From NCBI RefSeq assembly GCF_009914755.1, contig NC_060943.1: a DNA stretch of 64,000 nucleotides. The stretch is one strand, 5' to 3'. Positions 26,578-47,783 of the stretch are shown here, one piece after another. The translations under genes and the position numbers were made by a program. Position 1 is the first letter of the stretch. Each line of letters opens with the position of its first letter. Source of the DNA: the human T2T-CHM13v2.0 reference genome, Homo sapiens. Below the pieces are notes generated by a model, which saw only the letters and a list, made by a program, of their open reading frames with translations, made no database searches and was not told the origin of the DNA.

Positions 26578-28068
26578 TCACAAAAAAAAAAAAAAAGAAT
26601 TCCCTGCTCTGCTTTTCTGCTCGTTGCTGGCATAGAAACATCTAGAACAGAAAGTATCCACTCTGGGGCAGATGGGAGAGCTGGAAAAGTAGATTCAAGA
26701 TGCCTTTTAGTCTTGGAAGTTTCTTCCAGGAAGCAAGACCAGCTGGTATGTTTACACCTGCACTCCAGTGCCCTGGGGAGGTGACCAGGTGGAGGGGGAT
26801 GGCTCATGGAAATCTGTCCCGCACAGCTGGCCCCCTTTTGGCTGCCACTGTCTAGACTGTTGGCCTTTGACCTCTCTGCCTCTTGTGGCGTCTGAACCTA
26901 GACGTCCCTTTTGGAGACAGCTGGACAAAGCCCTATTCTCCGCAGCCCCAGCCTCTATCCTGAGGCCTCTGGGAGCCGCGTGACGGCCAGCATGGGGTGC
27001 TGATCATGGTCAAGGAGGCAGGTCTTTGCCAGGTTGCCCCATGCAGCCACCCATCCTCAGCATCCTAACTTGAGGGGGCAGGAGAGGGCTTTGTTTTTAT
27101 AATCCGGATTAAATTTCCCTTCCCTGGGCACAAGTGCCTCATGAGGGCCCGGGGCTGCTGGTTGGGAGGGAAAGCATCCCCGTTTTTGCAGTGAGGAGGC
27201 CGGCCGAGGGCTGGGGTTCCACTTAGACCCTTGGCAGAATGGCTGTTGAGGGGCAGGCGCTGCCCAGTGCCCACGTCTGGAAAGCTAATTCCCGGGTGGA
27301 CGCTGAACATACCTGCTGAGAGACTCTGTCCCCTGGTTTCCAGGACAGTTGTCACAAGCTGAGTGGGGGGGGACTCCCAGGACTTGAGGGACCCAGTCCC
27401 ACCCCAAACTGCTCCCCCTCCCCCAAATTCCCTTTCTCCTCCTGCTCTTTCTCCCCGCTGTGCCTCCCCCAGTTACCCACAGAAGTGCCTGCCTCTCCAG
27501 TGCTCACAGAACACACAAAAAGGGACAGGAATTGGTCACTGGGTAGTGGCCGTGGCTCCTGACGATCCAGACCAGCGTCTGGCCCAAGCCATTCAGAGGT
27601 GGGGTCTGGGGCCTGGGGGTTTTGTGTCGTGACACTTTGTCTCAAGGAGATTCCACATAGGGATTTGAATTAGGCTTTCTGCTTGCCAAGGCCTGTGGCA
27701 TCTGAGCCTGGCTGAGGGCCGGGCAAGCCTCCCCTGAGCCTTTGGAAGCCGAGTTCACTCTCTGCCTGCCCAGGGGAGCACCGGCTTGGTTCTGGGGGCT
27801 CCTCTAACATCTCAGGTTTTTATCTTGTCTTAAATTTCTTTCTAGGAAAAAACCCTTCCCTGCCAAAGGTGACTGTGTTTTCTGCCGCCGAAGGAGGGCC
27901 CGGTCCCTCCAGGCTCAGTGTGGCTTCTCCCTGACCCCCGCCCTAGAACTTTTGCCAGTGCCTTTTCTGAAACTCCTGTGTCCCGGGCCCCCCAGGCGGA
28001 GAAGGATATGCCGGATTCTGCCTGGGGCTGGGCTCTAGGAGACCCCAAATTTGACACCACAGAAAGCA

Positions 28069-28074
28069 AATAAA
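28069..28074 (+). terminator. PGPEP1: PGPEP1 polyadenylation signal
   Basis: AATAAA followed ~25 nt later by tttcctgtgtgtccttttgtg. Confidence 0.75.
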
Positions 28075-28450
28075 ACACTTGAAATACGCATACATTTCCT
28101 GTGTGTCCTTTTGTGGGGCTGGAGTTCAGCTGGGTGCCCGGGGATAGAGGGGACCCCGTGTCACTGGGTTTCTATTCTCGGTGGTGCTGGGCCCAGGGCA
28201 GCTGGTGACCATGTGCTGAGTGAGCGAGAGGAGGGGAATTCTGCCTCCAGTGGTCTCCTTCCTCAAAATCAGAGGCCTGGCCCAGCGCAGTGGCTCACAC
28301 CCGGAATCCCAGCACTTTGGGAGGCCGAGGTGGGTGAATCACCTCAGGTCAGGAGTTCCAGACCAGCCTGGCCAACATGGCGAAACCCCGTCTCTACTAA
28401 AAATACAAAAATTAGCCAGGTGTGGTGGCACGTGCCTGTAATCCCAGCTA

Positions 28451-28691
<241 letters not shown>

Positions 28692-28894
28692 TCATGGCTG
28701 GGCACGGAGGCTCACGCCTGTAATCCCAGCACTTTGGGAGGCTGAGGCCGGTGGATCACCTGAGGTCAGGAGTTCAAGACCAGGCTGACCAATATGGTGA
28801 AACCCTGTCTCCACTAAAAATACAAAAATTAGGCCAGGCGCAGTGGCTCACACCTGTAATCCCAGCACTTTGGGAGGCCGAGGCGGGCGGATCA

Positions 28895-29287
<393 letters not shown>

Positions 29288-29960
29288 TCAAAAAAAACAA
29301 AAAATCCCCATCATTCTGACAGGGGATGCCATGCCATTGCCACCTTTACAGACAGGGAAACTGAGTTTCCACCAGTTGAAGCCCCTTGTCCCCTATGTCA
29401 CGGCCAGGGAGAGTAGGGGTGGGAATGTGAACCCAGGCGGGCTTCTCTGGAGCGGAGGGCCTTGAAGAACACAAATGGACATGTTCATTCCCTACGCCTG
29501 TCCTCAGCAGGAATGAAGACACCCTGGTCTCTGGCTCTCTGAGAATAAACTTTTGACACCAAAGGGACTTGGACAACAGTTAGGAAGATGTCCTGGAGCA
29601 AGTGGACCCCGTGGGTTGGGGGAACTTCTTGGAGTCACAGAGGACTGAGGGTTCTTGCACCCCCAGTGGAGGTATTCATATCTGGGTAGTCTTTCCCATA
29701 GGGTCGACTCTTATTATTGTTATTTAATGTAGAGACAGGGTCTTGCCATATTGCCCAGGCTGGTCTCAAACTCCTGGGCTTAAGTTCTCTACCTGCCTCG
29801 GCCTCCCAAAGCTCTGGAATTCCAGGCATGAGCCACCATACCCGTCCCTTTGCTGTCTTGAGCCTTAGTTTACCCATTTCTCGTGGGGCTTTTGTGGCAA
29901 TTCAATGAGATTCTGCTTTTACAGCCCTTAACTTGGAGCCTGGTGCCCTGTCATTGCTCA

Positions 29961-30152
<192 letters not shown>

Positions 30153-30263
30153 TCAAGAGGCTGAGGTGGGAGGATCACCTGAGCCTGGGGAGGTCAAGGC
30201 TGCAGTGAGTGGTGATCGTGCCACTGCACTCCAGCCTGAGTGACAGAGTGAGACCCCATCTCA

Positions 30264-30626
<363 letters not shown>

Positions 30627-31515
30627 CTACCTAGGCATCTCCTCTGACTCCTACAGCTGCCTGGGTGTCCCCATTGTAGCACTCTGGGTGGTAATTGACA
30701 GCCTCTGTGAGAGGGTGGATGGGTATGTGTGGGGCCCCCTCTGTGTCTTCTGTGCCCAGCACAGTGCCAGGGACACAGTAGGGAAGCAATAAACTGCTGG
30801 GAGGAGAGGTGAGTGCTGTGGGTCCACTCCTGAGGCCAGCCAGGGGCTCAGCAAGGCACCAATGCCTCCTCCCAGGAGTGAAAGATGCTGGAATCACCAG
30901 GCTCCTCCTGCAGTCTGGGGTCCCCACCTAAGGAGGCCCCTCACCCCGTGGCTGTCCCAGTCATTCAGGAAGTGTCCACTGTGGGCTGAGCCCTGGACTG
31001 GGGACACAGCAAGGATCAGGCAGCTGGGAGTACAGCCTGGAGGTCCCCCCTTGGGATGAGGGCTGCACAGGCAGTTAAAGGGTCCAAGGATCATCCCAGG
31101 ATATGGCTGAGAGGCTGCAAGAGGCTCCATCCCCTAGAGGCCCCCTCCGCCCTCGCCTGGGTGCTCCCAGCCTTACTCAAAGGAGCAGGTCGGCCCGGTG
31201 CGTTGTCTCACACCTGCAATCCCAGTGCTTTGGGAGGCCGAGGCAGGCGGATCACTTGAGCACAGGAGTTCCAGACCAGCCTGGGCAACATAGCAAGATT
31301 CTATCTCTACAAAAGTAAAAATAAATCTTATAAAGTAGCTGTGGACTGGGCACAGTGGCTCACACCTGTAATCCCAGCACTTTGGGAGACCAAGGTGGGC
31401 AGATCACCTGAAGTCAGGAGTTTGAGACCAGCCTGGCCAACAAGGTGAAACCCCATCTCTACTAAAAATACAAAAATTAGCCAGGCATGGTGGTACACAT
31501 CTGTAATGCCAGCTA

Positions 31516-31707
<192 letters not shown>

Positions 31708-32088
31708 TCACACCCTCTGTGGCTCCCTTTCGCCTACAGGAAATAGGATTTCTGTACTGGGCATTTGAACCCCATTCCCTTGTTTCTGCTGACCCCCAGC
31801 AGTCTCAATATCCCCTACTTCCTCTTCCCAGAACCACCCTCCCCAAAGCCCTTATCGATGCTTGGAGGATTCCTATGCATCCCTCAAAATCCAAGGTTTG
31901 GGAAAGATGCTGCAGTGGTCTCAAGACATCCTCAGTGTGATGACAGCCTGGGGTGGGGGTAAGGGGGCAAAGTACAGCACCAGAAATCCCAACTGAGTCC
32001 CCCCACACGTCTTCCACCTTCCCACCCTCTCTTTCGGGTTCTGGCTCCCTGCCTCCAGGCAATCACCAGTTTTTACCAGGAGTGCCTC

Positions 32089-32108
32089 AGACCTGCCCGG
32101 ACATGTCC
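32089..32108. promoter_or_regulatory. Candidate p53 response element ~12 kb upstream of GDF15
   Basis: AGACCTGCCC GGACATGTCC: second half is a perfect palindromic decamer; one core mismatch in the first half. Confidence 0.6.
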
Positions 32109-32559
32109 AAGTCCCCTAGAAGCAGGGAGGGGTGGGTGAGGCTGTCACCTCTCCCTTCCCTGTATGGTGCTGATAAGGGCGTGGGGAGGCAGAGACAGGC
32201 AGAGATAGACATGATGAGAGACAGGCAGAAATGGAGGGAGAGCCAGGGAGAGATAGACACAAAGAGAAAAAGTGGAAATTCTCCAGATATTTTGTTTAGG
32301 GTGAGGACACGGAGACACAGAGAGGGACTTAGCCAGCTGAGGATGACGATTTGGGATGTTAGGTCACCCAGGTGCTGTGCTGTGTAACTCAGGCACAGAG
32401 CTGCCCTGTTCCGAGCCTCAGTTTACCCCTGTGACTCAGAGCAGATCTCCATACCCCCATCACAGGGCTGTGTATCCGAGCTCAGCCAGAGCCTGGCATG
32501 CAGTAGGTGCTTCATAAATACACACTGTGGACAGTAGAATTATGATGGGAGCGAGCGTG

Positions 32560-32830
32560 TGAACTGGGTTGCTAATGTGGAGCGTGAAGGGGGAGGCCCA
32601 GGGTTACTCGGCCAATGGGTTCCGGGCAGCAAGCACGTGGGGGAAGCCTCAGCTGACCACTTCCTGGCCAGTTTATGCAGGAACTCGCACAGCCGGTCCC
32701 TGAGGCTGAGCCCACCACTTCCGCCCCCCATGGTCCCAGCCCTGCTGACTCATACTCAGCTGCCACGGTCCGCTTTCCCTGCTGAGCACGGGGGTGGGGG
32801 CGGGGGGGAAGAGGGGGAGGGAAGGGCACC
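32560..32830. promoter_or_regulatory. GC-rich promoter/enhancer-like cluster
   Basis: CCAAT (~32612), E-box CACGTG (~32634), GC boxes, NF-E2/ARE TGCTGACTCAT (32743-32753), G-run tract 32790-32821. Confidence 0.55.
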
Positions 32831-32995
32831 TGACCGAGGCCAGAGGCCCAGAAAGGACAGAAGGTCATGGCTGGGGAGAAGCAGGCAGGAGAACCGAGTC
32901 TTGGCCTTAACTGGCTGGCAACGTAAAACCTGCCCTCCACAAGGACAAGATGAAAACTTGGGGATTTGGAGGGGACAACAAATTAGACTCAATCA

Positions 32996-38245
<5,250 letters not shown>

Positions 38246-39681
38246 CTAGATGGCACAGGCACATCCTGGCTTTCGAGGACAGTCACGAGCATGAGACAGC
38301 ATTTCTTCTTGTCCTCGGGGCCTGCAGGAAGTTTTTAAGTAATCTGCTTTTGTGCCTCTTCCAAATCTCCTCCTATGACCCTGTTTACCTTACATCACAA
38401 GAAACAATCAATAAAAGTGGTTTGTGTTCGTGAGTGCCGTGTGTTTGACAAAGGCGTTGATAACTGAGAGCTGGTAGTGGAGGGGGGAGATTTTGGGAGA
38501 TTGGGGCCCTGCCAGGTGGACGGACTGGCCTGACCTCCGGCCCCTGCGCTCTGTTTACTTCCATCCCAGCTCCACCTCTGGGGACCCATGGAAGCTGTCG
38601 GTGAGGAACACAGGATCCGACCTGCTGAGCTCATCTCTGGCCACCTGCCTGCATCCGCCCCATCTCTCCTCTCAGCTTGGCCATGAGGCGGGCTATGAGG
38701 TCATTGGTTAAAGATTTGGGGAAGCAGAGCCAGGCGAGTGGCCAGATGTGGTGGCTCATGCCATCACAGGATCCCAGCACTGTGAGAGGACAAGGAAGGA
38801 GGATGCTTGAGCTCAGGAGTTCGAGACCAGCCTGTACAACATAGCAAGACCCCCGTCTCTACAAAATATAAAATTAGCCAGTTGTGGTGGCACGCGCCTC
38901 TAGTCCCAGCTACTCGGGAGGTTGAGGTGACAGGATCCCTTGAGCCCAGGAGGTCGAGGCTGCAGTGAGTGGGTAACAGAGCCAAACCCTGTCTCTAAAA
39001 CAAACAAAAACAGAAACAAAAAGTACACTACTTACTGTCCTGCTTCTCACCATTCCAGCCTGGTAGTCCTTTTTTTTTTTTTTGAGACAGGGTCTTGCTC
39101 AGTTGCTCAGGCTGGAGTGCAGAAGCGTAATCACAGCTCACTGCAGCCTTGATCTCCAAAAAGACTACCAGCTTGGCTGGGTGTGGGGACTCATGCCTAT
39201 AACCCCAGCATTTTGGGAGCCAGAGGCAAGAGGATTCCTTGAGCCAAGGAGTTCGAGACCAGCCTGGGCAACACAGTGAGACCCTATCTCTAAAATTTTT
39301 TTTTTTTGAGATGGAATTTAGCTCTCATTGCCCAGGCTAGAGTGCAATGGTGCAATCTCAGCTCACCACAATCTCCACCTCCCAGGTTCAAGCAAAATTC
39401 TCCTGCCTCAGCCTCCCGAGTAGCTGGGATTACAGGCATGCGCCACCATGCCCGGCTAATTTTGTATTTTTAGAAGAGACGGGGTTTCTCCATGTTGGTC
39501 AGGCTGGTCTCAAACTCCCAACCTCAGGTGATCTGCCTGCCTTGGCCTCCCAAGGTGCTGGAATTACAGACATGAGCCACCGTGCCCAGCCTAAAAAAAT
39601 TTTTTTAAAAAATAGCTGAGTGTGGTGGCACATGCCTATAGTCCCAGCTACCCAGGAGGCTGAGGTGGGAGGATTGCTTGA

Positions 39682-39999
<318 letters not shown>

Positions 40000-40119
40000 T
40001 AGTAGAGAGGGGGTTTCACCGTGTTAGCCAGGATGGTCTTGATCTCCTGACCTCGTGATCCGCCTGACCTCGGCCTTCCAAAGTGCTGGGATTACAGGCA
40101 AGAGCCACCGCGCCCGGCC

Positions 40120-41927
<1,808 letters not shown>

Positions 41928-42459
41928 TTAGAGGCAGAGGCCGACGGATGACTTGAGGTCAAGAGTTCGAGACCTGCCTGGCCAACATGGTGAATCACCG
42001 TCTCTACTAAAAACACAAAAATTAGCCAGGTGTGGTGGCGCATGACTGTAATCCCAGCTACTCAGTAGGCTGAGGCAGGAGGCGGAGGTTGCAGTGAGCC
42101 GAGATTGTGCCACTGCACTCCAACCTGGGGGACAGAGAGAAACTCCGTCTCAAAAAAAAAAAAAAAAGAGATTTAATCCTAGGGCCACCCAATGAGGAGA
42201 TAGGAGGGAACCTCAAATCCATTTCCAGGAGGAGGAGTTTGGGGCCATATAAATGTATATATACAAATATATATATATTTTTTAAGATGGAGTCAGCCGG
42301 CCGTGGTGGCTCACGCCTCTAATCCCAGTACTTTGGGAGGCCGAGGCCGGCGGATCACAAGGTCAGGAGATTGAGACCATCCTAGCTAACACGGTGAAAC
42401 CCCATCTCTACTAAAAATACAAAAAAAAATTAGCCAGGCGTGGTGGGGGGTGCTCATAG

Positions 42460-43120
<661 letters not shown>

Positions 43121-43452
43121 TTCTTTTTTTTTGAGACAGAGTTTTGCTCTTGTTGATCAGGCGGAAGTGCAATGGTGAAAACTTGGCTCACTGCAACCTC
43201 CGCCCTCTGGGTTCAAGCGATTCTCTTGCTTCAGCCTCTCGAGTAGCTGGGATTACAGGCATGTAATCCCACCACCAAGCCCAGCTAATTTTGTATATTT
43301 AGTAGAGACAGGGTTTCTCCATGTTGGTCAGACTAGTCTAGAACTCTTGACGTCAGATGATCCACGTGCCTCGGCCTCCCAAAGTGCTGGGATTACAGGC
43401 GAGAGCCACCGTGCCCGGCGCAGAATTCTTTTTTTTAGAGACGAGGTATTGC

Positions 43453-43472
43453 CATCTTGCCCAGACTTGTCT
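43453..43472. promoter_or_regulatory. GDF15: GDF15 distal-promoter p53 response element (within an Alu monomer)
   Basis: CATCTTGCCC AGACTTGTCT; matches the recalled p53 site of the GDF15 promoter. Confidence 0.75.
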
Positions 43473-44149
43473 CGAACTCCTGGGCTCAAACAATCCACCC
43501 ACCTCGGCCTCCCAAAGTGCTGAGATTACTGACATAAGCCACCATGCCTGGCCCCCAGAATTATGAATCCTGTGAGGATGGCTTCAAGGTGAGCGCTGAG
43601 CCAGACAAAAGGATGGGGTTTGGGAGCACCCTGCTTAGACTGGAAAGATAATGTTGGAGAAGACTTCCTGGAAGAGGGGCTTTTTGCGTAGAGTTTTGAA
43701 GAATGAGTAGGAGTTCTCCAGAGGAGGATGAGTAACTGCAATAACACCCAGTTTATCAAGTGCCTCCTATGTGTCTGGCCCTGTGCTTTACCCCTCATTT
43801 GACCACCTCTCCAGTGAGAGTCTCAGTCCCTTTTTTCCTGGTGAGGAAACAGGCATGGCAGAGAGGCATGACACATCAAGGTTGCCCTTCCTGGCTCCAT
43901 CTAGCCCGTTCTCCTCTGCTTCCTTTGTTTTTCACCATCTTTAGCCTTTGACCCCAACCAAAAAGAGAAGAGAGGAAATCCCATGGGCATAGACAGCCAC
44001 CTCTTAAACTCTTGTCTGGAATTTTTCACATAGTAACAATGTCTTTTTTTCCTCCAAAAAGACTCCCAGGCTGGAATGGTGTCCTCATATCGAGGAAGAG
44101 GATACTGAGGCCCAGAAATGTGCCCTAGCTTTACTAGGAGCGCCCCCAC

Positions 44150-44300
44150 CTAAAGATCCTCCCCCTAAATACACCCCCAGACCCCGCCCAGCTGTGGTCA
44201 TTGGAGTGTTTACTCTGCAGGCAGGGGGAGGAGGGCGGGACTGAGCAGGCGGAGACGGACAAAGTCCGGGGACTATAAAGGCCGGTCCGGCAGCATCTGG
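44150..44300 (+). promoter_or_regulatory. GDF15: GDF15 core promoter: GC boxes, inverted CCAAT, forkhead motif, TATA box
   Basis: CCCCGCCC ~44182, ATTGG 44200-44204, TGTTTAC 44207-44213, GGGCGG ~44233, TATAAA 44274-44279, 61 nt before ATG. Confidence 0.85.
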
Positions 44301-44330
44301 TCAGTCCCAGCTCAGAGCCGCAACCTGCAC

Positions 44331-44350
44331 AGCCATGCCCGGGCAAGAAC
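44331..44350. promoter_or_regulatory. GDF15: p53 response element overlapping the GDF15 start codon
   Basis: AGCCATGCCC GGGCAAGAAC; matches the recalled proximal p53 site. Confidence 0.7.
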
Positions 44351-44611
44351 TCAGGACGCTGAATGGCTCTCAGATGCTCCTGGTGTTGCTGGTGCTCTCG
44401 TGGCTGCCGCATGGGGGCGCCCTGTCTCTGGCCGAGGCGAGCCGCGCAAGTTTCCCGGGACCCTCAGAGTTACACTCCGAAGACTCCAGATTCCGAGAGT
44501 TGCGGAAACGCTACGAGGACCTGCTAACCAGGCTGCGGGCCAACCAGAGCTGGGAAGATTCGAACACCGACCTCGTCCCGGCCCCTGCAGTCCGGATACT
44601 CACGCCAGAAG
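44335..44611 (+). CDS. GDF15: Growth/differentiation factor 15, exon 1 (signal peptide and N-terminal prodomain)
   Basis: MPGQELRTLNGSQMLLVLLVLSWLPHGGALS...RILTPE; donor GAA G|gtaagt; 277 nt. Confidence 0.99.
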
Positions 44612-44706
44612 GTAAGTGAAATCTTAGAGATCCCCTCCCACCCCCCAAGCAGCCCCCATATCTAATCAGGGATTCCTCATCTTGAAAAGCCCAGACCTAC
44701 CTTTGA

Positions 44707-44779
44707 GCCTCAGTTGCCCCATCTGTGCCCTGGGTAGGAATATCCTGGATCCCCTTGGGTCTGATGGGGTAGCCGATGC
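44707..44779 (+). ncRNA. MIR3189: pre-miR-3189 hairpin in the GDF15 intron
   Basis: GCCTCAGTTGCCCCATCTGTGCCCTGGGTAGGAATATCCTGGATCCCCTTGGGTCTGATGGGGTAGCCGATGC matches recalled hsa-mir-3189; TGCCCCATC pairs with GATGGGGTA. Confidence 0.9.
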
Positions 44780-45874
44780 CTGATTTGCACCCACAACGTG
44801 GGAGGTTATAACCTGTCCCCAAGTTGCAAATGGGGAAACTGAGGTACAGGGATGCCAGGGACCCTCCTGAATGTGCACAGCACCTGGGAAACCCGGGGAC
44901 GGGGTCGGGCGTGCGGTGTGGGCATGGTCCCTGACCTGGGCTGGGGCCAGGATCCAAGAGAAACAATGGGGGTGTGGTGCATGGATAGAAGTTTGTGATG
45001 GGCAGAGCCAGCTGGAGCTGGTTCTGAATCTGATGAAATCGCTTGTCAAGGCACTGCTAAAGTCACATGCAACGAGCGACTTGTTAGGGGAGGAGGAGAG
45101 TATTTTCCCCATCTCTGTGCCCTCCATGGAGGCTCCAGGGGTGCAGGGCACTGGATGAGGTCTGGGCTGTGGTGGGACCCAGGAGGGGGCAGGCAGAGGG
45201 GCACACTCTTAGCCCGCCCTAAACCCATCTGTGCCGTGTGACTCCGGCAAACCTCTCACCCTTGCTAAGCCTAGCAACTAGGTTAAGGCACCCTCAAACC
45301 CCAGTCTCCCCAGTCTCCCTAACACTTGTACCAGCCTGAGGGGCTGTGATTCCTAGAGGCTCAGTAGTCTGGAATGTGATGGGTTTGGCACTCTTCATTT
45401 CTCGGGATTACACCTGTAATCCCAGCACTTTAGGAGGCCAAGGTGGGAGCATCGCTTTAGGCCAGAACATTGCAGCCTGGGCAGTATAGCGAGAATCCAT
45501 CTCTACCAAAAATGTTTAAAAAAAATTAGCCAGACATGATGGTGTGTGCCTGTAGTCTCAGTTATTCAGGAGGCTGAGGCGGGAGGAGCACTTGAATCCA
45601 GGAGATTGAGGCTGCACTGAGCCATGAGTGCCCCACTGCACTCCAGCCTGGGTAACAGCAAGACCATAATAAATAAATAAATAAGTGAAGCAAGTAAGTT
45701 TTTGACTGCCAGAAGAAAAGCAGAGCCATGGTTGGAATCTCAGGCTGCCTGAATATCAGATATACATTAATTCCTTCAAGTATTTACTAAGCACCTATTG
45801 TGTGCCAGGCACAGTGTCAACCAAGCTAAGATTCTAAGTAGGGAATATGAATGATACACAAGGAAATAAAATAG

Positions 45875-46201
<327 letters not shown>

Positions 46202-46433
46202 TGAACTCCTGACCTCAAGTGATCCACCTGCATCGGCCTCCCAAAGTGCTGGGATTACAGGCGTGAGCCACCGCGCCCGCACGGAGAAATGCTCTTGGTA
46301 GGGGAAATAACTTGTGCAAAGGCGCCGCCGCCGTGGTGAGATCCAGCTTGGCGTGTTAGGGGAAATGGGCACCCTCGTTCCTGGAAAACGGTAGGCCTGT
46401 GGGTGACCAGCTTCCCTATCTGTCTTCCCACAG

Positions 46434-47083
46434 TGCGGCTGGGATCCGGCGGCCACCTGCACCTGCGTATCTCTCGGGCCGCCCTTCCTGAGGGGCTCCC
46501 CGAGGCCTCCCGCCTTCACCGGGCTCTGTTCCGGCTGTCCCCGACGGCGTCAAGGTCGTGGGACGTGACACGACCGCTGCGGCGTCAGCTCAGCCTTGCA
46601 AGACCCCAGGCGCCCGCGCTGCACCTGCGACTGTCGCCGCCGCCGTCGCAGTCGGACCAACTGCTGGCAGAATCTTCGTCCGCACGGCCCCAGCTGGAGT
46701 TGCACTTGCGGCCGCAAGCCGCCAGGGGGCGCCGCAGAGCGCGTGCGCGCAACGGGGACCACTGTCCGCTCGGGCCCGGGCGTTGCTGCCGTCTGCACAC
46801 GGTCCGCGCGTCGCTGGAAGACCTGGGCTGGGCCGATTGGGTGCTGTCGCCACGGGAGGTGCAAGTGACCATGTGCATCGGCGCGTGCCCGAGCCAGTTC
46901 CGGGCGGCAAACATGCACGCGCAGATCAAGACGAGCCTGCACCGCCTGAAGCCCGACACGGTGCCAGCGCCCTGCTGCGTGCCCGCCAGCTACAATCCCA
47001 TGGTGCTCATTCAAAAGACCGACACCGGGGTGTCGCTCCAGACCTATGATGACTTGTTAGCCAAAGACTGCCACTGCATATGA
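46434..47083 (+). CDS. GDF15: GDF15 exon 2 (prodomain, RRAR furin site, mature TGF-beta cystine-knot domain)
   Basis: cccacag|TG CGG CTG...; [24 protein letters not shown]...KDCHCI*; 277+650 = 927 nt = 308 aa; CpG-rich. Confidence 0.99.
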
Positions 47084-47196
47084 GCAGTCCTGGTCCTTCC
47101 ACTGTGCACCTGCGCGGGGGACGCGACCTCAGTTGTCCTGCCCTGTGGAATGGGCTCAAGGTTCCTGAGACACCCGATTCCTGCCCAAACAGCTGT

Positions 47197-47287
47197 ATTT
47201 ATATAAGTCTGTTATTTATTATTAATTTATTGGGGTGACCTTCTTGGGGACTCGGGGGCTGGTCTGATGGAACTGTGTATTTATTTA
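47197..47287 (+). promoter_or_regulatory. GDF15: AU-rich elements in the GDF15 3'UTR
   Basis: ATTTA at 47197, 47214, 47225 and overlapping ATTTATTTA at 47279-47287. Confidence 0.75.
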
Positions 47288-47303
47288 AAACTCTGGTGAT
47301 AAA

Positions 47304-47309
47304 AATAAA
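47304..47309 (+). terminator. GDF15: GDF15 polyadenylation signal
   Basis: AATAAA ~220 nt after the stop, followed by GT-rich sequence. Confidence 0.9.
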
Positions 47310-47591
47310 GCTGTCTGAACTGTTCCCTGTGGTGTCCAGGATAAGGGAAGGTGACCTTGAGAAGATCCTCCTCTCCCTGACCTCAGTTTCTCTAGGAGAC
47401 CTGGGAGGGGGTAAGTGGAAAGGCTCAAGGAATGAGTGGCAAGGTGTTCTCGGAGATGCCAAGCCATTGGAAGGTGCTTACGACACCTGTGGGCTCTAAG
47501 GGCAGCCTTGGCCATTCCTGACTCCCTGACTCTCTGTCTCTATTTCTCTATCTCCTTATTGCTGTTTCTTTTTTCTTTTTATTTTTTTTAG

Positions 47592-47783
<192 letters not shown>

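Noticed and set aside
32612-32640. Possible ERSE (CCAAT-N9-CCACG)
   Set aside because: The spacing between CCAAT and CACG is too long and the second motif is GCACG
38700-38717. gtcattggttaa(a/g)gattt shared with ~42934-42951
   Set aside because: Isolated short match with no flanking collinearity; probably chance
46550-47049. Several overlapping alternative-frame and antisense ORFs in GDF15 exon 2
   Set aside because: Expected from very high GC content; no independent evidence of translation
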